A stretch of 64,000 nucleotides of DNA from Verrucomicrobiota bacterium (GTDB taxonomy: Bacteria; Verrucomicrobiota; Verrucomicrobiia; Limisphaerales; UBA9464), in the NCBI GenBank assembly GCA_029865985.1, contig JARXAF010000123.1, positions 2,003 through 66,002 of the forward strand. The letters run 5' to 3'. The notes under the pieces are model-generated. The model did no database searches and was not told the origin of the DNA. It worked only from the letters and a program-made list of their open reading frames with translations. Each line of letters starts with the position of its first letter. The stretch's first letter is position 1. The position numbers and the translations under genes were made by a program. Below, one piece after another: positions 47,217 to 55,694 of the stretch.

Positions 47217-47621
47217 TTACTTCTTGGCAGCAGCGGCCTTCTTCGCCGGGGCAGCCACCTTGGCAGGAGCAGCCTTCTTGGCCGGAGCCGCAGGCTTAGC
47301 AGGAGCAGCCTTCTTGGCCGGGGCAGCAGCCTTGGCAGGAGCAGCCTTCTTAGCCGGGGCAGCAGCCTTGGCAGGAGCAGCCTTCTTAGCCGGGGCAGCA
47401 GCCTTGGCAGGAGCAGCCTTCTTAGCCGGAGCCGCTGCCTTGGCAGGAGCAGCCTTCTTGGCCGGAGCTGCAGCCTTGGCAGGAGCAGCCTTCTTGGCCG
47501 GGGCCTTGGCAGCAGCCAGGGCGCAGGTCCGGACGAGACGGGATTCGGAGTTGGTTTCGGTTGGTTTCACTCTGAGTTTGTTGTTGTTGTGTTGTAGGTC
47601 TGACTCACCGCACCCATTCAA
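47217..47621 (-). CDS. histone H1/Hc2-like lysine/alanine-repeat DNA-binding protein
   Basis: The C-terminal ~95 aa are pure (KKAAPAKAAAPA)n ending AAAKK. The frame contains no ATG. Candidate starts are TTG at 47621 (ORF track) or GTG at 47570. The composition matches bacterial H1-like / chlamydial Hc2-type nucleoid proteins. Confidence 0.7.
   Translation of the reverse strand: MNGCGESDLQHNNNKLRVKPTETNSESRLVRTCALAAAKAPAKKAAPAKAAAPAKKAAPAKAAAPAKKAAPAKAAAPAKKAAPAKAAAPAKKAAPAKAAAPAKKAAPAKPAAPAKKAAPAKVAAPAKKAAAAKK
47257..47508. repeat. 36-bp tandem repeat, about 7 copies, coding for the KA repeat
   Basis: The unit is GCCTTGGCAGGAGCAGCCTTCTTAGCCGGGGCAGCA. Copies at 47329-47364 and 47365-47400 are identical, and flanking copies differ by a few substitutions. 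Confidence 0.9.
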
Positions 47622-47939
47622 TCCTCAGTTAAGAGGACCCAATGATTCGATGCTTCAGAAATTCAAGAAAGGGGGTGCGGCGATTCTGCAATATTTGAGC
47701 GAAGGCATTAAAAACCCGCGCTATCCGAGGACGAATCCAGAGCCGTCCAATCCGAGAAAAGGCGTCGGTTGGCCGGGGGGACGATGGTTGAATCGCTAGA
47801 ACCGGATATGGATTCATGAAGTCTCCGACCGGGGAACTCTGTCTGAGATAATGCCCCGAGGCGGGTCTTGACAACCGGATTTCACCAAATCACACGATTT
47901 CTTTCCGAAATTGGCACTCAGTGACATCCTGCAAGCACG

Positions 47940-49112
47940 GTGCGTGAGCGTTGGCAAAAAATGACGGAGGCTGCAGAGACTTACCTCTTGGCAGTCATTC
48001 TAGAGAATCTTCCTGGCCGCAAGGCCTCGTTGATTCGAGCCCTGCTGTCGATGTTGTCTCAAGTATTTGCGGTCATCGTGAAGCTGCGACGATTGCTCTA
48101 CAGCGTGCGTATCTTGCGCGATTCCACTCTCGGTGTTCAGGTGATCGCTGTGGGCAACCTCACGGTGGGCGGCACCGGAAAGACTCCCGTCGTTGAAAAA
48201 TTCGCGCGCGCGCTCCAGGACGCTGGACGCAAGGTGGCCATCCTTTCTCGCGGATACCGATCGAAACCCAAACCCGTCTCTGAACGACTCCTCGACAAGA
48301 TCTTGCTGCGCGAAGACACCACACCGCCGCGAATCGTCTCCGACGGCCACTCACTGCTGCTCGACTCCGAGACGGCAGGTGACGAGCCCTACATGCTGGC
48401 ATCCAACCTCCGGGATGTGGTGGTGCTGGTCGACAAAGACCGAGTGAAGGCCGGGCGTTATGCCGTGGAACATTTCGGCTGCGACACCCTGCTGCTGGAT
48501 GACGGCTTCCAGTACTGGAAATTGGCCGGACGCCGCACCGACGTGGTCCTCATCGACTGCCAACAACCCTTTGGCAACGAGCACCTGCTGCCGCGCGGAA
48601 CACTGCGAGAGCCCCCCTCCCACCTGGCCCGGGCCAGCGTCATCTTCTTGACCAAGAGCGATGGCAAGACGGCCGCGTTGCGGAACCGGATCGCCCAACT
48701 CAATCCACGAGCCGGTATTATCGAATGTGTCCATCACCCGCTGTACTTCGAGGATGTCTTCACCGGGGAACGGCGTGGCCTCGACCTCTTGCAGGGCCGC
48801 AGGGTGGCCAGCCTCAGCGGGATCGCCCAACCCGAGAGCTTCGAATCCAAGCTCTCGGAGCTGGGGGCCGACATCGTGTTGGCCCGCCGCTATGCCGACC
48901 ACCATCGGTTCACCCAACAAGAGGTGCTGGATGCCGTGAACCGCGGCAAGAAACGCAGGGCGGACATGCTGGTCACTACGCAGAAGGATGCCGTCCGTTT
49001 CCCTAAGCTCGACCGGCGCGACCTACCCATCTACTTCATGCGCGTGGAAATCAAGATCATCGCCGGAGCCCAAGGCTTCGACGACGCCGTGAGCCGAATT
49101 TGTTTCCGGTAG
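47940..49112 (+). CDS. lpxK: tetraacyldisaccharide 4'-kinase LpxK
   Basis: VIAVGNLTVGGTGKTPVVEKFARAL is the LpxK P-loop, and LLDDGFQ and HH motifs are present. The ORF starts on GTG at 47940, with an alternative ATG at 47961 (MTEAAETY...). Confidence 0.85.
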   Translation: MRERWQKMTEAAETYLLAVILENLPGRKASLIRALLSMLSQVFAVIVKLRRLLYSVRILRDSTLGVQVIAVGNLTVGGTGKTPVVEKFARALQDAGRKVAILSRGYRSKPKPVSERLLDKILLREDTTPPRIVSDGHSLLLDSETAGDEPYMLASNLRDVVVLVDKDRVKAGRYAVEHFGCDTLLLDDGFQYWKLAGRRTDVVLIDCQQPFGNEHLLPRGTLREPPSHLARASVIFLTKSDGKTAALRNRIAQLNPRAGIIECVHHPLYFEDVFTGERRGLDLLQGRRVASLSGIAQPESFESKLSELGADIVLARRYADHHRFTQQEVLDAVNRGKKRRADMLVTTQKDAVRFPKLDRRDLPIYFMRVEIKIIAGAQGFDDAVSRICFR

Positions 49113-49152
49113 AGCCTGCGAAGCTCCGTGCCCAGGCAGGCTCCCAAGGCCC

Positions 49153-50370
49153 CTACCGGCGGAAGATGCTCGAGATTTGCAGCGGGACCGCCGCGGGCAT
49201 GAACCCAAATTCCAAGCCGCCGCGTGGCGCTTCGATCAGGGCCTCATCGCCATCATTCGCCGAAACCTTCATCTCGAAACCCGAACGGCGCACCCGGAGA
49301 CGGTTCCAACCCTCCGCACGCAGCCCTGCCAGAGCCGGAATGCGAATGAGCCCCCCGCCACGGGCTGACCGGAACACCATCGGCGGCACCCGATCACCCG
49401 TCTTCCCCTCCCAACGCCAGTCGAAAACCAACTCGTCCCGCTGCAGCGTCCCATTCGACCAAAGGACCGCTTCTTCACTCGCGGGACCTGCCTGCCCCCT
49501 CAGGGTCCAATCGCTGGCTTTCCAGATCCCGGCTTGGGCCGGAACCCGCCACCCACGCAAGCTACGACCATCATACAAACTCTTCCAAGGTTGAGCATCG
49601 GGTGCCGAATCCGCGGCCGTCACCTGCGTCGAAGGCAACTCCTGAAGCCGCAGATTTCGCCAGTCCACGATGCCTCCTTCCGACTCCAGAGCGATGTACC
49701 CGCGACGCCAATGGCAATGGGTGCCACCGGAAACCTCCACTCCATTCACCGAGAGGCGGATCACTCCATTGGTCGCAACGATGCGGTACAGGTTCCAATC
49801 CGGGGCTCCCAGGCTTCGGGATTCCTTGGGAAAGCTCCGATCTCCGCGGTTGGGTGAGAATGGCTTCATGGTCGACCCGTGGATCGGGAAGATGTCGCCA
49901 TGGGTGGTGAACCAGTCGGATTTACCGTAGCCGTGATCCAGCACCTGAACCTCAATGGCCCGCAGGAAGGGTTGTCCCAGCGCTGGCATGGGGCCCGACC
50001 AAATGAAGACACCCGCATTACCTCCTGGCTTTAGGTGACGCCACTCCAGCTCCAGGATGAAATTCTCGTATTGGCGTTCCGTGCGCAGCGCCCCGGTGGG
50101 AATTCCATCGCAATGGATCATCCCGTCCCGGACGGTGAAGGTCTCCGGAGCACAGTTGACGTTCACCCAACCCCGAAGATCACGACCGTTGAAGAGCGGC
50201 TTGAATTCGGGTTCTGCGTGCAAGACCGGCACCGCGGAAAGCAGCACAGAACAAAGGATAGGAACCAACGCGAGGCACGAGGAGCGCAAGCCAAGGATCA
50301 TGGCCCGAGGCTCTCTCCGATATCGTCTCATGGGAAGACCGGAAGACTGCTCCCCCCAAGAACCCACCAT
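49153..50370 (-). CDS. secreted protein with two DUF1080 (3-keto-disaccharide hydrolase-like jelly-roll) domains
   Basis: The signal-like N-terminus is MILGLRSSCLALVPILCSVLLSAVPVLHA. FKPLFNGRDLRGWVNV...FTVRDGMIHC...NFILELEWR and WKSLYDGRSLRGWRV are the typical DUF1080 openings. Confidence 0.75.
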   Translation of the reverse strand: MVGSWGEQSSGLPMRRYRREPRAMILGLRSSCLALVPILCSVLLSAVPVLHAEPEFKPLFNGRDLRGWVNVNCAPETFTVRDGMIHCDGIPTGALRTERQYENFILELEWRHLKPGGNAGVFIWSGPMPALGQPFLRAIEVQVLDHGYGKSDWFTTHGDIFPIHGSTMKPFSPNRGDRSFPKESRSLGAPDWNLYRIVATNGVIRLSVNGVEVSGGTHCHWRRGYIALESEGGIVDWRNLRLQELPSTQVTAADSAPDAQPWKSLYDGRSLRGWRVPAQAGIWKASDWTLRGQAGPASEEAVLWSNGTLQRDELVFDWRWEGKTGDRVPPMVFRSARGGGLIRIPALAGLRAEGWNRLRVRRSGFEMKVSANDGDEALIEAPRGGLEFGFMPAAVPLQISSIFRR

Positions 50371-50441
50371 TCCCAGACAGGATCCAACCCCTGAGCCAAC
50401 GATTCAGTTGGGAGGCAAGGGATGGCGCCACCCACCCTCCC

Positions 50442-50957
50442 TCATCGCCCATTCCATTGCTGATTCCGCGCTTTCAGCCGCTCCGGTGCCGGCTTTTCTT
50501 GAGCCGACAGGGTGATGTTGGTGCCGGAAGTCCACGAAACCTCTTTGAAGTTCACAAACAAAGTCCGCGGGACCATTTCGATCACATGCCCAAACGCACC
50601 CAACGCAACGGTCCCGGGCAATTGGGTCGTATCCACAAAGTACATCGGACCAAACGGAGTCGAATTGGTGTCCGGACGACTGTAGACGTAGGTGATCGGC
50701 CCATTGGTCACCCGCGGCGCATTCTCACCGGGAAACCGGATGGATACCGGCCCGCCAGTCAGCAAGCGCGGGTGGTCGATGCGCAGGATGGGCGTTCCAT
50801 CCGGCTGCTTGTCAAAAGTCAGATGCCAAGCGCCATTGCGCACCCGATAGGCCTCGCACCCGCCATAAATCGTCACGTACAGAAACAACGTGCCAATGAA
50901 GATGCCGAAGAACTTCTTGAGAGTCCGTTCAGCGTCGGGTGGGAGGTCGTTTTGCAC
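50442..50957 (-). CDS. hypothetical single-pass membrane protein
   Basis: 171-aa ORF with a GTG start. It has one N-terminal TM (FFGIFIGTLFLYVTIYGG). It lies 31 nt downstream of gnd on the same strand. No recognisable family. Confidence 0.5.
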   Translation of the reverse strand: MQNDLPPDAERTLKKFFGIFIGTLFLYVTIYGGCEAYRVRNGAWHLTFDKQPDGTPILRIDHPRLLTGGPVSIRFPGENAPRVTNGPITYVYSRPDTNSTPFGPMYFVDTTQLPGTVALGAFGHVIEMVPRTLFVNFKEVSWTSGTNITLSAQEKPAPERLKARNQQWNGR

Positions 50958-50988
50958 GCAATTCGATGGGTGGGCAGACGAGGTCGCT

Positions 50989-52461
50989 TCAGGCGTTGTA
51001 GGTGCTGGAGCTCACATTGCCTCCGCGACCCGTCCAATTGGTGTGGAAGAACTGACCGCGCGGTTTGTCCACACGCTCGTAGGTATGGGCGCCAAAGTAG
51101 TCACGCTGAGCCTGGAGCAAATTGGCCGGAAGGGTGGCAGAGCGATACTGATCGAAGAAGGCCAGCGCCGTACTGAAAGCCGGCACGGGGATGCCCTTCT
51201 TGGCCGCCGAAGCCACCACATTGCGCCAGCCCTTCTGGCACTTCTTGATCTCGGCGCGGAAGTAGTCGTCGAGCAGCAAGTTGGCCAGCTTGGGGTTCGT
51301 ATCGTAGGCCTCCTTGATCTTGCCAAGAAACCGGGAACGGATGATGCAACCACCCCGCCACATCAGGGCGATGCCGCCATAGTTGAGTTTCCAACCATAC
51401 TCCGCGGCCGCCGCGCGCATGAGCATGTAGCCCTGCGCGTAACTGACGATCTTGGAGGCATACAAAGCGCTCTTGATGTCTTCGATGAAGGCTTGACGAG
51501 CCTTGGTGTTCTTGGCGGCGCTAAGCAGCGGTTTCGGCCCCTTGAGCTTGCGGGCGGCCTTCACGCGCTCCTCCTTCATGGCGCTGACGCAGCGACTGAA
51601 CACCGCCTCAGCGATCAACGTCACTGGTTGGGCCAGATTGGCCGAATCGATGACCGTCCACTTGCCTGTACCCTTTTGGCCGGCTGTATCGAGGATCTTG
51701 TCCACCAGCGGCCCTCCGTCGGTGTCCTTGAACCCGAGGATGTCCCGGGTGATCTCAATCAAGAAGCTGTCGAGCTCTCCCTGATTCCAGTCGGCGAAAA
51801 CCTGATGCATTTCATCGGCGGAGAGACCCAGACCATTTTTGAGGATGTTGTAGGCCTCGCAAATCAGCTGCATGTCACCGTACTCGATGCCGTTGTGCAC
51901 CATCTTCACGTAGTGACCTGAACCGCCGTCACCCACCCAGTCACAACAGGGGGCGCCACCCTCCACCTTGGCGGACACACCCTGGAAAATATCCTTCACC
52001 GCAGGCCAGGCCTTGGCCGAACCACCGGGCATGATGCTGGGTCCACGGCGAGCACCCTCTTCACCACCGGACACGCCGGTGCCGATGAAAAGGAGCCCCT
52101 TCGATTCGCAATATTTCACCCGTCGATTCGTGTCGCCATACAACGAGTTGCCACCATCGATGATAATGTCCCCGGGAGACAGGTGCGGCACCAGCTGTTC
52201 AATGAAGTCGTCCACGGCCTGACCCGCTTTGACCAACATCATGATCCGTCGCGGAGTCTTGAGCTTGGAAACCAGCTCCGGAATGGAATGAGCCCCTTGG
52301 ATGTTTGTGCCCTTCGCCTCACCGGCCAGAAACTCATCCACTTTGGAAGTCGTGCGATTGTAGGCCACGACGGTGAAACCGTGGTCATTCATGTTGAGGA
52401 TCAAATTCTGACCCATGACTGCCAAACCAATCAGTGCGATGTCTCCGGTGGGGTTGCTCAT
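50989..52461 (-). CDS. gnd: 6-phosphogluconate dehydrogenase, decarboxylating
   Basis: The ATG at 52461 gives MSNPTGDIALIGLAVMGQNLILNMNDHGF. IIIDGGNS, GTGVSGGEEGARRGPSIMPGG, HYVKMVHNGIEYGDMQLI and the C-terminal LLQAQRDYFGAHTYERVD are also present. Confidence 0.95.
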   Translation of the reverse strand: MSNPTGDIALIGLAVMGQNLILNMNDHGFTVVAYNRTTSKVDEFLAGEAKGTNIQGAHSIPELVSKLKTPRRIMMLVKAGQAVDDFIEQLVPHLSPGDIIIDGGNSLYGDTNRRVKYCESKGLLFIGTGVSGGEEGARRGPSIMPGGSAKAWPAVKDIFQGVSAKVEGGAPCCDWVGDGGSGHYVKMVHNGIEYGDMQLICEAYNILKNGLGLSADEMHQVFADWNQGELDSFLIEITRDILGFKDTDGGPLVDKILDTAGQKGTGKWTVIDSANLAQPVTLIAEAVFSRCVSAMKEERVKAARKLKGPKPLLSAAKNTKARQAFIEDIKSALYASKIVSYAQGYMLMRAAAAEYGWKLNYGGIALMWRGGCIIRSRFLGKIKEAYDTNPKLANLLLDDYFRAEIKKCQKGWRNVVASAAKKGIPVPAFSTALAFFDQYRSATLPANLLQAQRDYFGAHTYERVDKPRGQFFHTNWTGRGGNVSSSTYNA

Positions 52462-52623
52462 GCTTTCAGTCTTGTTGAAGGAGCACGGTATCGGTCGCCT
52501 TGAACTGCAGGCGAGACGGAATTTCAAACGGAACCGTGCGGCTTGCGCCCACAACGAAGATCGCTACCGTCACGTGCCCAGCCGGCGGTTACAGACAACA
52601 GAGCCGCTGAAGGAAAATCATTT

Positions 52624-53247
52624 ATGGCCCACGAACTTGCTCCCCTCCCCTACGCCAAGGATGCGCTCGAACCCCACATCGACGCGTTGACCATGGAAAT
52701 CCACCACGGCCGCCATCACAAGGCCTACGTGGACAACCTCAACAAGGCGATCGCCGGAACTCCGGTTGAAGGCCTCACCCTCGAAGCCTTGATCGGCGAT
52801 CTGGCCGGTGTCCCCGACGCCATCCGCGGCCCGGTCCGCAACAACGGCGGCGGCCATTGGAACCACACCTTCTTCTGGAACCTGATGGGTCCCGGCAAGG
52901 GCGGCACACCCTCCGGTGATCTGGCGGCTGCCATTCAGTCCACGTTCGGAACCTTCGCTGATTTCCAGGCCAAATTCGAAGCCGCCGGCATCGGTCGCTT
53001 TGGCTCCGGTTGGGCTTGGCTCGTGGTCAACGGCGGCAAGCTGGAGATCGTCTCCACGGCCAATCAAGACAACCCCCTGATGGGCAAGACCCTCGCCGGA
53101 TGCGAAGGCAAGCCCCTCCTCGGTGTCGATGTCTGGGAGCACGCCTACTACCTCAAGTACCAGAATCTGCGCGCCGCCTACCTGAAGGCCGTTTGGAACG
53201 TGATCGATTGGGACAAGGTGGCCGCGTTGTACGCCGCCGCGAAGTAA
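52624..53247 (+). CDS. superoxide dismutase, Fe/Mn family
   Basis: [40 protein letters not shown]...[11 protein letters not shown]...GSGWAWLV...[13 protein letters not shown] is present. The metal type is not resolved by eye. Confidence 0.95.
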   Translation: MAHELAPLPYAKDALEPHIDALTMEIHHGRHHKAYVDNLNKAIAGTPVEGLTLEALIGDLAGVPDAIRGPVRNNGGGHWNHTFFWNLMGPGKGGTPSGDLAAAIQSTFGTFADFQAKFEAAGIGRFGSGWAWLVVNGGKLEIVSTANQDNPLMGKTLAGCEGKPLLGVDVWEHAYYLKYQNLRAAYLKAVWNVIDWDKVAALYAAAK

Positions 53248-53280
53248 TCCCAACACCGGCACACGGCAGAAACCAACAGA

Positions 53281-53319
53281 ACGGCGCCGATTCCCACTCC
53301 GGGTCCGGCGCCGTTTTTG
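53281..53319 (+). terminator. rho-independent terminator after sod
   Basis: ACGGCGCCG (53281-53289) pairs with CGGCGCCGT (53306-53314), followed by TTTTGT. The loop is fairly large (16 nt). Confidence 0.65.
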
Positions 53320-53381
53320 TGCCTACCCACGGACTCCATCTTGGCCACTGCCATCGACCGCAGAGCCCGCAGGTGTTCGTC

Positions 53382-54497
53382 TCAATGCATGGCCTCAGCG
53401 AGACACCTCAAATGCGGGCCCACAGCAAAGCGTTGCTCGTACTCCTGACGCAACCCCCTGCCGTCCACGTGTTCAACCACGGAGTGCAGGGCCTGAGCCA
53501 AAGCAGGAACATCTCTTGGAACGCAGAGCCCGGGATAATCAGCTCTAAAATACTCGGGGATGGATCGCCAACGAGTCGTGACACACGGTAAGCCGTATGC
53601 CAGCGCTTCGATCAAATTCAAGGGCTGCCCCTCGTTGGCAAAGTAGGTCGGAAACAAAAACACATCGGCCTCACGGAATAAGCGATCCTTCTCGGCACCC
53701 GAGACAAACCCGACCACCTCCACGCAACCAGCAACGTCCGCCTGATTCACCCGAGTTTGAAACTCAGCCTCTTCGCTCGCTGAAAGAAAACTCCCAGCCA
53801 CGGTCAGACGGAATCGACGGTCGGATCGGCTCATGCGATTGGCTGACACCACGGCTTCCAACGCTCCAAAGAGCCCTTTGTCTCGAGTGCAGTGCGCCAT
53901 GAACAAGACGCGCACATCAGCAAGAGCGGCAATGCCCACCCGCCTCGCAGCAAGACTTTGAGAAAAATCGGGGCACGGATCTGGAATCCCATTGCTCACC
54001 ACGACCACAGACCGAGGCCGGAGCACCTCCGCATCGGCACGATTGCTGGAAGCCAGGACAATAGCCCGATGCGCACGCCCGAGACAAATCTGCGCCAACC
54101 AGCGCTCCCAGAACCAAGCTTCCGACGCCAACCACGCTCCCAGACCCACAGCATGCCAATGCAAGATGACCCGCTCAAACCGCCAGCGAATCCATGTCAT
54201 CACCAGAAAATCACGATACAAAGAGGAACGCTTGGGCGGAGACGGTATGTAATACAACGTCTGGCACCCGTGTCGGTTCGCCAATCGAAGTGCGGTCCGG
54301 CAATATCCAACCAGCGCCTGAATTTTCCCGCCACGCACCGAACCAATATCGGTCAAGCCTGTCGACAACCGCGCATCCACATGAAGCACCTCGATCCCGA
54401 GGCCTGCCTCGGATCGAAAGCCATCCACCATGAGTTTCACCATCTGGCTCTGCCCATGGTGTGGCGGCGGCACATGTGCAAAGACGAGAAGCTTCAT
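53382..54497 (-). CDS. glycosyltransferase (GT-B fold, group 1/GT4-like)
   Basis: The N-terminus is MKLLVFAHVPPPHHGQSQMV. The C-terminal half, FLFPTYFANEGQPLNLIEALAYGLPCVTT, carries the EX7E-type region of GT4 enzymes. Confidence 0.75.
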   Translation of the reverse strand: MKLLVFAHVPPPHHGQSQMVKLMVDGFRSEAGLGIEVLHVDARLSTGLTDIGSVRGGKIQALVGYCRTALRLANRHGCQTLYYIPSPPKRSSLYRDFLVMTWIRWRFERVILHWHAVGLGAWLASEAWFWERWLAQICLGRAHRAIVLASSNRADAEVLRPRSVVVVSNGIPDPCPDFSQSLAARRVGIAALADVRVLFMAHCTRDKGLFGALEAVVSANRMSRSDRRFRLTVAGSFLSASEEAEFQTRVNQADVAGCVEVVGFVSGAEKDRLFREADVFLFPTYFANEGQPLNLIEALAYGLPCVTTRWRSIPEYFRADYPGLCVPRDVPALAQALHSVVEHVDGRGLRQEYEQRFAVGPHLRCLAEAMH

Positions 54498-54590
54498 CCA
54501 AAATCAGCACTTAGAGGAACAGGGACCCGGCCAATTGAATGGAAAAGCATTGCCTGATCCTGTCATCGAAGCGATGGTATTCCTCCGGTT

Positions 54591-54667
54591 CGGGACGTAG
54601 CTCAGCCCGGTAGAGCACTTGGTTTGGGACCAAGACGTCGCAGGTTCAAATCCTGTCGTCCCGACCA
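54591..54667 (+). tRNA. tRNA-Pro (anticodon UGG)
   Basis: CGGGACGTAGCTCAGCCCGGTAGAGCACTTGGTTTGGGACCAAGACGTCGCAGGTTCAAATCCTGTCGTCCCGACCA. The acceptor stem CGGGACG/CGTCCCG pairs, the anticodon loop is TTTGGGA, and CCA is encoded. Confidence 0.9.
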
Positions 54668-54677
54668 TTTGTCATAT

Positions 54678-54737
54678 TTTCAGCTTTCCTGATTTCAGCT
54701 TTCCTGATTTCGGCTTTCAAGGTTTCAGCATTCCTAA
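54678..54737. repeat. 15-bp tandem repeat x4 immediately 3' of tRNA-Pro
   Basis: TTTCAGCTTTCCTGA occurs at 54678-54692 and, identically, at 54693-54707. TTTCGGCTTTCAAGG (54708-54722) and TTTCAGCATTCCTAA (54723-54737) follow. Confidence 0.85.
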
Positions 54738-55096
54738 TAGCCCCACTCCCAGTTGGCGCATTAGGTCTGCATCCCTTCGATTTCGATCCTCTTGCCGCCA
54801 CCATTCTCGCCGGGGGCGTTTGAGCATCTCAAAGGGGCTCGCTGCAAACCCGCTCGCCTCCTAGTTGAATCCTCGGAGTAAAATGAGGTAGAAGGCAATC
54901 TTTGCGACCCCAATCGATTTATCCTCCTGCCTGAGATCAAATCCTGAACCTCAGCCCCACCACCCAGGGATTCCGCTACCCCAACGTGACCTTGGGCAAA
55001 CAAGCGCAACCCTGTCCAAGACTCGTACAGGATCCACGATCACGCTCGTGAATGGAGGTATCAGCCCCCGGGGCTCTAAGCCCGCTGCGCGAAAAC

Positions 55097-55127
55097 AAAA
55101 ACGCCGCCCTTGTGAGGCGGCGTTTTT
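55097..55127 (-). terminator. bidirectional rho-independent terminator downstream of rplQ
   Basis: AAAAACGCCGCC cttgtga GGCGGCGTTTTT has a GC-rich 7-bp stem flanked by an A-run and a T-run. It lies 22 nt after the rplQ stop. Confidence 0.8.
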
Positions 55128-55148
55128 CGAAAGGATTTGAATCCAGAA

Positions 55149-55682
55149 TCAGGCAGCGGCAGCCGGAGCAGGCGCCTCGGTCACCGGGGCGAAATCGACC
55201 CACTCCAAGATAGCCAACTGACCAGAATCACCTTGGCGCTGACCCAGACGCAAAATCCGGGTGTAGCCACCGTTCCGGCTCTTGAAAGCCGGAGCAATGG
55301 TATCGCACAAGATGTGAACCACATCGTGCTCCTGCTTCCAGGCTTCACGGAGTTCCTTACCCTTGGCGGTCGGGGTGCCCTTGAAGTGGCTGCGGGACTG
55401 CTGGCGCAGACGAGCGGCCACCAAACGGCGGTTGTGGACGTTGGCAGCGGTGGCTTCAGCCTTGCTAGCAGCATCCGAAGCAGAGCTCGCGGTAGCGAGA
55501 GCCTCGTTGGCCAACTTGCCCAAAGTCAGAAGCTTCTCAGCAACCGGTCGGGCCGCCTTCGCCTTGGCCAAGGTGGTGGTGACGCGCTTGTGCTTGATGA
55601 GAGAACTCACCAAGTTGGCCAGCATGGCATTGCGGTGGTCGCCTTTGCGACCCAGTTTCTTGTTGCGCTTAAGGTGGCGCAT
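55149..55682 (-). CDS. rplQ: 50S ribosomal protein L17 (with internal insertion and Ala/Pro tail)
   Basis: MRHLKRNKKLGRKGDHRNAMLANLVSSLIKHKRVTTTLAKAKAARPVAEKLLTLGK and the C-terminal GGYTRILRLGQRQGD are present. At 177 aa it is longer than the E. coli protein. Confidence 0.9.
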   Translation of the reverse strand: MRHLKRNKKLGRKGDHRNAMLANLVSSLIKHKRVTTTLAKAKAARPVAEKLLTLGKLANEALATASSASDAASKAEATAANVHNRRLVAARLRQQSRSHFKGTPTAKGKELREAWKQEHDVVHILCDTIAPAFKSRNGGYTRILRLGQRQGDSGQLAILEWVDFAPVTEAPAPAAAA

Positions 55683-55694
55683 AATTCAGTCGGG

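Noticed and set aside
47257-47508. The 36-bp repeat array and the 15-bp repeats at 54678-54737 as possible CRISPR arrays
   Set aside because: The units are directly abutting with no spacers, the periods are too short, the first array is in-frame coding sequence, and no cas genes are in the window.
47038-47799. 253-aa plus-strand ORF with the FLAGAAALAGAA repeat
   Set aside because: It is the antisense mirror of the 36-bp KA-repeat. The minus-strand reading gives a sensible H1-like polycation with a proper stop. The plus-strand product is a featureless hydrophobic repeat running through the dnaA upstream region.
50890-53262. ORFs 50890-51921 (+), 52618-53262 (-) and 59521-60480 (+)
   Set aside because: They are antisense to gnd, sod and secY respectively, all of which have unambiguous conserved motifs.
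54740-55096. The orphan region as tmRNA, RNase P RNA or SRP RNA
   Set aside because: It has no tRNA-like 3' end (GGTTCGAATCC...CCA) and no ANDNYALAA-type tag frame for tmRNA. It lacks a GAGGAAAGTCC-type RNase P motif and an SRP domain IV GGAA/AGCA motif. ORFs 54619-54864, 54761-55009 and 54976-55203 overlap the tRNA or rplQ and look spurious.
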